Positions 54,534 to 64,000 of a DNA stretch of 64,000 nt are shown piece by piece. The notes beneath the pieces are model-generated. The model was not told the DNA's origin. It searched no databases and saw only the letters and a list, made by a program, of their open reading frames with translations. The number at the start of each line of letters is the position of its first letter. The stretch's first letter is position 1. Made by a program: the position numbers and the translations under genes. This DNA comes from Octopus vulgaris (Eukaryota), in assembly GCA_951406725.2 (NCBI GenBank), contig OX597830.1, positions 74,462,001 through 74,526,000 on the forward strand. The letters are read 5' to 3'.

Positions 54534-56382
54534 CATTCTGTTTTTGCCTCCGTCATGTACTGATATAATCCCTTGTAGCACTCATGTAGTTATTAGTACC
54601 AATGTACGATAGTTTTACAATGGCAGCGTGCTGACATTTTCGTTATCCCCACCCCTTAACTGATGAATGGTATACCCATAAAATGGGGAGATTCGAACGA
54701 CTTTTATAAATCTCTAGTACTATATAAGCGGCCCAATAATTATGAGGAGCAAAATTCACATCGGTGAAATTCGAACTCAAGAAATTAAAGGGTTTTAATT
54801 CAATATCAGAAGGCACTATCATTTACCGTTTTCGTTTTTCAGACATTACTCTGTTACACTCATAATTATATCTGAATTAGGTGCAAAGTCCAGTATTTTC
54901 TGCGAGGGAAATCGACGAAAATATCGATCATCCTAATACGTAGCCAAATCTTTATTTTATGAACACCGACAGGATTAAAGGCAAAGTTGACCCCTATGGG
55001 ATTTGAACGCTGGTACGATTTTTGTCAATCTGCTGCTCCTAATATTGATTTCTGGCTGTTGCACAAGGTCTCAAATGTTTTCAAGGGTCGAGCTATCGAT
55101 TATATTGATTCCTGTACTGGTATGCTGTTGAATATTATTGACACTGCAATAAAGAAATGCAAAAACTGACCTCTACGGATTTGAACACGTTACCTAAAGA
55201 GACCTAAATAAACATAACAGGCATTTTTATTCATCGCTCCACCGCTTCAGTCACTCCCTGACCTGCCACATCGCACTGAATTAATACAAATTTAGAAGGA
55301 GGGAGAGAGACAGAGAGAAACACACACACGTTCTCTTATATGTACGTATACCTATATATTTCTGTATCTATATCAATGAAATGTTATATCAAACATCGTT
55401 TTCACAAACACAAAGTTCTATATTTAACAATAGAGTTAGTGTATGTTATATACCCTTTGGTTTCTGGTGACATCATTTTGAACCTACTCCGAACCGTTGA
55501 GAAAGTGGTATTCGGGTCAGCATATATATAGTGTCTGTAGGGCTGCAGAGAAAACATAAACCCAACAGTTGCCAAACTCGGCTGACAAACTGTCACTTGT
55601 TAAATTATGGTCAAAGAAAAAGGAAAAAAAAAAATATACAAGTATATATGTATGTATGGTTCCACGTGTGTATGTGTGAGTGTGTTTTTATATGTATATG
55701 TAAATGTATGTTTGAATAAATGTTTGTAGGTGTGTACGTGTCTATGAATGAGTGAATATATGTGAATATATTAATGTGTGTACGCATAAACGTATGTTAA
55801 AAATATTTGCGTATACAAATATGAATATAATAAGCAGTGATATTTCGATATCTCTATCTATCTATCTATCTATCTATCTATCATATATGTGCATATATGT
55901 GAGTGTGTATGTATGTGTGTGTTTGAATATATATATATATGAGATGTATCTGTACGATATGCACATAAATGTATGTATGTATGTACGGATGTTTGTATGT
56001 ATACACTTAGTCTGACAAAGCAAGGTTAAGGACAGACTGAACTCATCAAAAATACTGAAGTAAATACAGACAGTGTAAGAAATATGTTTTGTGGTTCCAT
56101 TTAACCATTTCCTACAAGAATAGAAACGGCCAAACTTATAATAGGAATAACAGCGACACTGGCATTGAGAGAGATGGTGATGAAGATGCTGGTGATGCCG
56201 ACGAACACAGATCAAGTAGTTAATGAAGGTGACGACGGTGACGATGATAGTGATAGTGGTGAGAATGATGATGGAGGGGACTTTTCAATTATGATGATCA
56301 TCATCATCACCACCATAATGTTTGTAATGAATATCGTAATGGGCACGACAGTACCAAATTCTTAAATAATTACTGTTATCAT

Positions 56383-56493
56383 TCTTCTTCTTCTTCTTCT
56401 TCTTCTTCTTCTTCTTCTTCTTCTTCTTCTTCTTCTTCTTCTTCTTCTTCTTCTTCTTCTTCTTCTTCTTCTTCTTCTTCTTCTTCTTCTTCT
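56383..56493. repeat. (TTC)n microsatellite
   Basis: Direct reading. Confidence 0.97.
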
Positions 56494-56524
56494 TGCTGTT
56501 GTTGTTGTTGTTGTTGTTATTACT

Positions 56525-56739
56525 GAGGTGGTGAGCTGGCAGAATCATTAGCACACCGGACGAAATGCTTACCAGTAATTTGTCTACCTCTATGTTCTGA
56601 GTTCAAATTCCGCCCAGGTCGGCTTTGCCTTTCATCCTTTCGGGGTCAATTCAATAACTACAAGTTACGCACAGGGGTCGATGTAATCGATTTAAAGCCT
56701 TCACCCCAAATTTCAGATCTTGAGCCTTTAGTACAAAGG

Positions 56740-56817
<78 letters not shown>

Positions 56818-57042
56818 GGGGCGGCGAGATGGCAGAATCGTTAGCACACCGAGAGAAATTCTTCGCGGCATTTTGTCTGCCACTGCATTCTGACTTCAAA
56901 TTCCGTCGAGGTCGACTGTGTTTTCATCCTTTCGGGTTCTATAAAGTAAGTACCAGTTAAACACTGGGCTCGATGTAATGGACTCATCCCTTCCCCCCAA
57001 CAAAAAGAAAATATTTCTGCTTTTGTGGCAAAATTTGAAATT
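56525..57042 (+). mobile_element. Two tandem SINE family A copies separated by (TTA)n
   Basis: Heads at ~56527 and ~56819 (GG(T/C)GG(T/C)GAG(C/A)TGGCAGAATC). Confidence 0.88.
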
Positions 57043-57043
57043 G

Positions 57044-57510
57044 AATGAGTGAGCAGTGTATGTCGTCAAATTGACATTGGGGTAAAATATACGAGGTCTA
57101 ATATACCCATCATGACTACCCGTCTGTTAATGGCGCACAAGGCACATGCATCGCAACCATATATGCGCCACATGATGATCTCATATGAAAATGAACAGGG
57201 CATGATCTTGTAGGTGAGGCCCAGTTAATAATAAGAGTTGTTTGAAGATGCTGAACAAAACATCATTGTTTCCAGAGGTGAATTATTCAAAGAATTCCTC
57301 TCAACTCACGGATATGATGCTCCCGCACTGCTTCCGCTCGTGATCAAAGATGCAAATATTGTCAACCACCAAGAGACATGCTCAACTGGTTAAGGTCAAG
57401 CAACAGATAAGCAAATCTGTGGTATAAAGCAAAATATTTGCTGTAGCCTCTCTTTTATACCAAGACAAAATGTGTACGTGATAACACTTCCAAACAGGTA
57501 AGATCAGAAT

Positions 57511-57512
<2 letters not shown>
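57044..57512 (-). mobile_element. Repeat X copy
   Basis: Homologous to 11833-12331. Confidence 0.85.
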
Positions 57513-57573
<61 letters not shown>

Positions 57574-57740
57574 TTATTGTTTTTTTTTTCTTCTTCTTTC
57601 AAATTTGCTTCCATTTCTTGCCGAGTGTCTTCCCGACTCCTAGGGCAAAGAAACTCATAGTATACATTGGTAGGCCATTAAACTAAACTCAATAGTTCGT
57701 TCATTTTTTTTTAAAGTTAAATTAAAATACATTTATTATA

Positions 57741-57783
<43 letters not shown>

Positions 57784-57785
<2 letters not shown>

Positions 57786-58050
57786 GAGTGAGAGAGCAGA
57801 GACACTGGGGTAAAATATAAGAAGCCTAGTATACGTATCATGACTACACGTCTGATAAGCTTACACTAGGCACATGCATCACAAACATATGTGCGCGACA
57901 TGGTGATCTCATATCAAGGTAAACAGCATATGCCCTTGCAGGTGGGGCCCAGTTAGAATGTTCTTCTGGTCAAGTAACCCATCTCGCTCAAAAGGTCCCT
58001 GAGTAAGAGTTGTTTAAGGATGTTGAACGAAACACCCATGTTTTCAGAGG

Positions 58051-58054
<4 letters not shown>
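57784..58054 (-). mobile_element. Repeat X, partial copy abutting (TAA)n
   Basis: Homologous to 11833-12120. Confidence 0.85.
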
Positions 58055-58142
<88 letters not shown>

Positions 58143-58144
58143 TA

Positions 58145-58360
58145 CTTGTGTGGCTGTGTTAGTCCCCCGCCCACCATCGATTGACAACTGATTTTGCCGT
58201 GCTTACGTCCCTCGTGACTTAACGGTTCGGCAAAGGAGACCGATAGAATATGTTCTAGGCTTAAAAAGAATAAGTCCTGCAGTTGATTTGTTCGACTAAA
58301 GGTAATGCTCCAGAATGGTCGCGGTCATAGGACTGAGACAAGTAAAAGAATAAAAGAATA
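58145..58360 (+). mobile_element. SINE family B, 3' half
   Basis: CGGTTCGGCAAAGGAGACCGATAGAATA...TTCGACTAAAGG...GACTGAGACAAGTAAAAGAATAAAAG. Confidence 0.8.
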
Positions 58361-58447
58361 TATACAGATATGTATGTACGTATGCATGCATGTAAGCATG
58401 TATGTGTATGTAAGCATGTATGTATGTATGTATGTATGTATGTATGT

Positions 58448-58493
<46 letters not shown>

Positions 58494-58600
58494 ATTGCTT
58501 GAGCCCTTGTTTTTGTGTGCGCGCCTGGATATATGTTAGCGTGAATCGCATATGCATGGCATGAATCTTATTAGAGAAAGTATCTGAAAATATCACTCAC

Positions 58601-58661
58601 GCTTTCTTTGAATACTCTCTCCGTCCAAGATCTCCGCTCTCAGCACCTTCCTCGCAGACAT
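58601..58661 (-). CDS. Candidate first coding exon, MSARKVLRAEILDGESIQRK; product unknown
   Basis: ATG at 58661, open to a consensus GTGAGT donor at 58600-58595; unique sequence downstream of a TATA box; no homology recognised. Confidence 0.25.
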
Positions 58662-59099
58662 CGAAAACGAAAAAAAAAAATAGATAAATAAATAAAATAA
58701 ATTTATAAAAATTATAAAACGAACAACAACACTGAACACTTGAAAAAACACATAATAGCAAAGAAAACAAAAATAAGATGAACAATAATGCGCTGAGTAA
58801 AAAAAAAAAAAGCGACTCTAACGAATATATCTAATAGTTGACTTCAAAGTAATTCTACCGAAGCGACCTGTCAGATGCCAAAATAGAGACACAGCACTAA
58901 TATCAGTATCGGCAGATTGCACTGTGTTCGGTGGTTTGGAAGCGATGTATCTGGTTCTGCTACAACCAAGTCTGGTAGCAAACATATCTTTCCCCTGCCA
59001 CCTTTTTCTCTGCCCGTGTATTCAACAATGAACTTTTGCTGTCCGAATTATGAGGTCATCTGTATAAGATTGTGTCCGAAGCGTGCGGCGATGTTTTCC

Positions 59100-59150
59100 T
59101 ACCGCGAAGTTTCCCTAGTGTCCCGCCGTTGAGTTTTATATAGCGGCAAA
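59100..59150 (-). promoter_or_regulatory. Candidate TATA-box core promoter
   Basis: GC-flanked TATATAAAA at 59142-59134 in a CpG-containing unique island. Confidence 0.3.
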
Positions 59151-59231
59151 TCAACATGGCTACTGGACAAACATTCTATTAAAGACACACACACACACAC
59201 ACACGCACACACACAGACACTCACAGACACA

Positions 59232-59294
<63 letters not shown>

Positions 59295-59518
59295 ATATAC
59301 GTACATACACACAGGGCAGAAAGGCATATACGAGATAGACACACTCTTACACTTGCATATCTATCTAATTATCTATCCATCGATATACATACATGCACAC
59401 ACACTCCTACACACGCTCACATACACATACATACACACGCACAAATGTATATATGTATTATATATGTATTTTAAATGTATATGTATGCAATGAATAGAAA
59501 TAAGTGTACGTATTTGTA

Positions 59519-59572
<54 letters not shown>

Positions 59573-59623
59573 AAGAGAGAGATAATTTCTCTCTATGTAT
59601 TTGTGTATGTATATGCATGTATT

Positions 59624-59696
<73 letters not shown>

Positions 59697-60571
59697 CATA
59701 TGTACTTTATAAGCAGGTAGTTTTCAACATTTTACATCTCTGTTTCTTTCCCACTCTCTCTCTCCCTCTCTCTCTCTCTCTCTCACTCACTCATTTTTGA
59801 GTTTACGGTATTCCGGTGTGTTGTTTTTCGGGCTCCCTATTATACGATCCAAATATCCCGTAATGTCCACGTGTATGTATGTATGTATGTGTGTATGTAT
59901 GTATGTATGTATGTATGTATGTATGTATGTATGTATGTATGCAATTATGTTTGATGTACGAATTTATATGTTTGTATGTATTCATGTATGTATATATGTA
60001 TCTATGTTTATATGTATGATTTTGTTTATGAACGCTTGCGTATATATATATATATATGTTAGTAAGTGTACTTGTATCTATGTAACTGCGTGTGGGTGGT
60101 ATATATTTGAATGCATGCATATATAAATTTATATGTATATGAATACATAAAATATATATACATAAAAACAAATATATACAAATATATACATAAATATACA
60201 TAGATGCATACATACATACATACATACATACACATATACATCCATGCATGCATAAATAGATACACGTACAATAATACACATATTCACATACTCGCATGCA
60301 CATCAGTGTTGGGAGATCTGAACCGATGGCTAAAGATATCCAGTCGAATTGCCGGTTTCCATGGACTGTTAATCCTAGCGTCACAATACTGACTGACCCT
60401 ACGCTCCACTAAAGTCCTTCTACAAACCACTGAACTTTTCTAGCCTTGCCTTTCAGCGGAAATGTTACTTGGTATCGCAGTCGGTACAGAAATTCTTAAT
60501 CTGAAGCGTCAAATTTGTTGGAGCATGCGCCAAACAACCAGCCTGTTGATTGTTATTAATATTATTAAGGC

Positions 60572-60776
60572 AAAGGCAGTGAGCTGGCAGAATAGTTAGC
60601 ATGCCGGACAAATTGCTTAGTGGAATTTTGTCCGTCTTCATGATCAACATTCATATTTCACAGAGGTCAACTTTGACTTCTATCCTTTCTGGGACGATAA
60701 AATAAATACCAGTTGAGTACTGGGGTTGATGAAATTGGCTTATCCCCTCTCTCAAAATTATTTGCCTTGTGCCAAA

Positions 60777-60778
<2 letters not shown>
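60572..60778 (+). mobile_element. SINE family A
   Basis: GGCAGTGAGCTGGCAGAATAGTTAGCATGCCGGAC... Confidence 0.85.
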
Positions 60779-60820
<42 letters not shown>

Positions 60821-60900
60821 TATTATTGTTACTACTATGATTATTACTACTATTATTATTATTATTATTATCCTCCTCCTCCTCCTCCTCCTCCTCCTCC

Positions 60901-60943
<43 letters not shown>

Positions 60944-60954
60944 TATCATCATCA

Positions 60955-61018
<64 letters not shown>

Positions 61019-61040
61019 TATTATTATTATTATTATTATT

Positions 61041-61799
61041 CTTTCGTAACACAGTGTAGGTAAAACTGCACCGGGGTCTTTCGTCATCTGTCAAGTCACA
61101 AGTACCTCAGACTGATAATACTTTCCTTAAGATGTGCGCTGTGCTCAATTAGTCAGCTTTTTACAAGACATCGACCTTGCTTGGGATTTCCAGTTGATTT
61201 TAAAAAACTTGAAGTTTCAATGGGATTGAGCCCAAGGCTCCGATCACCACTGGTATCACTTTTATATTACCCTCTCGTATTCCATACAGTCTTGTCATTT
61301 CCACTTTGAATCCGGAGTACTTGGTAATTTTTTCAACCTCTTTATTCACAACATTCATGTCATTTGGTATGGCTAAATCAATGATCTGTCAGTATTTGTC
61401 TATCTTATTCAATATTACAATATCCGGCTGACGGTGTTCGAATACACGATCCATCTAAAAATCATAGTCCCAGAGTATCTTTGCACTTCCACTCTCCTGC
61501 ATAACTTTACTTGGTACATGCTCATACAAGTTCTCTGTTACTTCTACGATGGCTTTCTATCTTAACTTTCCTAAGTGTCATTGATATGGGTATTAGTGCA
61601 ATTGCAAGAAGTAACGGAGAAAACGAGTCACCTTGGAAGATATCCCTTTTAATATTAAGTTCTCCAAAGAATACATTACTTGGGTACGATTTGGTTTTCC
61701 ACTTTTCATTCTATGCATCAGAAAATTTGTGATGTTGTCAGCAACACCAAACATCCGCAGGCTTTCAGCGATCCAAGAATGAGACATCATATCATATGT
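61041..61799 (-). mobile_element. Internally deleted R4/Dong element (RT fragment fused to REL endonuclease and 3' UTR) ending in (TAA)n
   Basis: HSWIAESLRMFG, IFQGDSFSPLL, then YEHVP..KILWD..RQPDIV..IIDLAIP..EKITKY..IPVVIGALGSIP..TAHILRKVL. Confidence 0.9.
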
Positions 61800-61920
61800 C
61801 TTCTTCTTCTTCTTCTTCTTCTTCTTCTTCTTCTTCTTCTTCTTCTTCTTCTTCTTCTTCTTCTTCTTCTTCTTCTTCTTCTTCTTCTTCTTCTTCTTCT
61901 TCTTCTTCTTCTTCTTCTTC
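61800..61920. repeat. (TTC)n microsatellite
   Basis: Direct reading. Confidence 0.97.
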
Positions 61921-61929
61921 TTTTTACTT

Positions 61930-62940
61930 AAACAGCTGAAATGCAACGTTTAGCGGGACTTAGGACATTAAGGTTTTATCGTGTGTGGGAGGGGATACAC
62001 GATGCTGGAAAGGATAATATTAGTTACCTGACTACCGGGTTCAAATGGGGCATAATTGAAGTACATAAGGATTCGGAGATATATTTTGCACATAACTGGC
62101 GGAATGCGGAAAACTCGGATTATTGAAGTGACAATGTATGGAGTATAGGGAACTTTTTGCAGTAAGTGGATATCTGTTGGGTATTTACGTTGAAACATCG
62201 GTCGAAAACCAAGTTATATGTAGAGGTGGTTATAGTTCATAGGGATTATGTTTGGAGAGAAGAAATAGATCGAGGGTGCTGTGACGAATCTACGAGCATG
62301 TATCGATCAGTGAAATGTTTAGGAGAAGAAACAAATTAATGTAGAGTAGTGAGTTGGTGACTACAAATTGTTTACTGATGGCATCGAGGTTTTATGGTTA
62401 GGGATAGCTGCCCGATACATCATTTCTGCTGTCACTGAAGTCGAAGACTTGGGGCAAAAATAATGTAAGGTATAAGTTGTTAATTCAGAAAGGCATGTGC
62501 TTAAATAGTTGCTGGTAATCCAAAGAGTTCGGAGAGAACTTGCGTGAGCACAAGTCTTTGGAGGAATGAATGAGGGTAGCTGTTTTAGCATTCATATTTT
62601 TCAGTAAAATGAATGTTTTTGCTTTTGTTATTCACATCGGTTGGAAATAATCACGAACTGTTTTGTAACTTAGAGTTTTCGATGGTGTGATTGTATATTT
62701 TAGGAACAACATAGTATGGTAGGTTTGAGAGGCCCAATCTTGATGGTTTGAATATAAACCAAGTAGAGCATTGAGGAGGGATATGGTCTGCTTAAATGCT
62801 AAACGGTTAAAGTCATTATCTCTGAAATCGAATGAGGACACCATTTTCTTGAGTGAACCTTGAACAGAGGGACTAGCCCGGACACAGAGATAATTTCGCG
62901 ATAGATAGAGATAAGTCGATGTGGGACTTAGCATGATGAG
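61930..62940 (-). mobile_element. Possible degenerate Penelope-like N-terminal region
   Basis: Frameshifted peptides (NL..FRPMFQRKYPTDIHLL; NLNVLSPAKRCI) are loosely PLE-like; weak. Confidence 0.3.
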
Positions 62941-63289
62941 TAAGATTTAGATTGGAACGAGGAAATGAAGACAACGAAAATTGAATAAATGAGTGAATGG
63001 GGAAGAATTATACAGTGGGTTAACTTTTGGCTATAAGAATTTTGATGAAGAGAAGGGAGTAGAAGGCTCACTAATTCCTTTTTAGTTTACTGGCTAATAA
63101 CAAACTGATATAACTTCAATTAATAAATAAGCCTACAGTTACTAATGCTGTAACTATCAAGTGTACCATGAATGCTACTTGTCGTAGACATCTATTCCAA
63201 ATTTTACTTTGTAAATACGGTCTACCAACATAGCTTTCTTGTTATGTAACCCATTGAAAAGTGTTAACATTTTTCTAGCGCGTCTATTC

Positions 63290-63470
63290 TTTATCATCTC
63301 AATCCATTTTCGTCCGTTGAACAAAGGCTACAGAAATATCTTAATATTGGTATTGTGTTAATCCCTTTAATGATGTCCATTCCATTTAGCATGGTTACTA
63401 AGATCTTTCTCACTCTCTTCTTATTTTCTTCAGAATGTAGTATAAAGCTTTCATTTCGTTCAGTTTCTCC
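63290..63470 (-). mobile_element. R4/Dong ORF fragment (post-RT region)
   Basis: KRVRKILVTMLNGMDIIKGINT-IPILRY matches the R4-clade R..KIL...LN..N.IK.INT.A.P.L.Y motif. Confidence 0.7.
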
Positions 63471-63592
63471 TTGAACAAGCCCACATGTTTCCCACTCTCT
63501 CTCTCTCTTTCTTTCTCTCACCCGTTCTCTCTCTCTCTCTCGCTCTCTCTCTCGCTCTCTCTCTCTCTCTTGTGTATTTCATATAAATGTAT

Positions 63593-63688
<96 letters not shown>

Positions 63689-64000
63689 ATACGTATATAT
63701 ATAAATATATATATATACATATATTTATGTTTATGTTTATATTCATACATGTATATATATATATATAATGATATTCATATACATGTGTAAGTTTATATAT
63801 TATATGCATGTATGTATATGTATGTATATATATGTGTGTGTATATACCTATACATATATATATATATATTTATGTTTATATATTATATATGTGAATATAT
63901 GTGAATGTATATGTATATATATATGTGTGTATGTGTATACATATCTGCATAGATACATACGTACAAAGCTGTATGTATACACGCACACACATACACACAC

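Noticed and set aside
54650-54695. CTGATGA-ATGG(TATAC)CCAT-AAAA
   Set aside because: Lacks G12, stem III and a cleavage triplet

Overview
AT-rich eukaryotic DNA, very likely octopus (cephalopod), judged from its tRNA-derived SINE families and very high density of (TA)n, (CA)n, (TATG)n, (AAT)n, (GAT)n and (GAA)n microsatellites. Almost all ORFs in the supplied track are translated microsatellites, and no complete host gene is recognisable. The window is intronic or intergenic and filled with transposon remnants: R4/Dong-clade, RTE, CR1-group and Penelope-like retroelements, Tc1/mariner elements, at least four SINE families and a ~500-bp (TAA)n-associated repeat. The most notable signal is a set of minimal type-I hammerhead-ribozyme (HHR) folds in short dispersed repeats. 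Two have canonical cores (37851-37923 minus, 43316-43362 plus), and two more form a divergent palindromic pair at ~33.1 kb. A three-copy family (1392, 41286, 47503) keeps the HHR fold but has U instead of A at core position 6. A TATA box plus a short ATG exon at ~58.6-59.1 kb may mark the start of a minus-strand host gene (low confidence).
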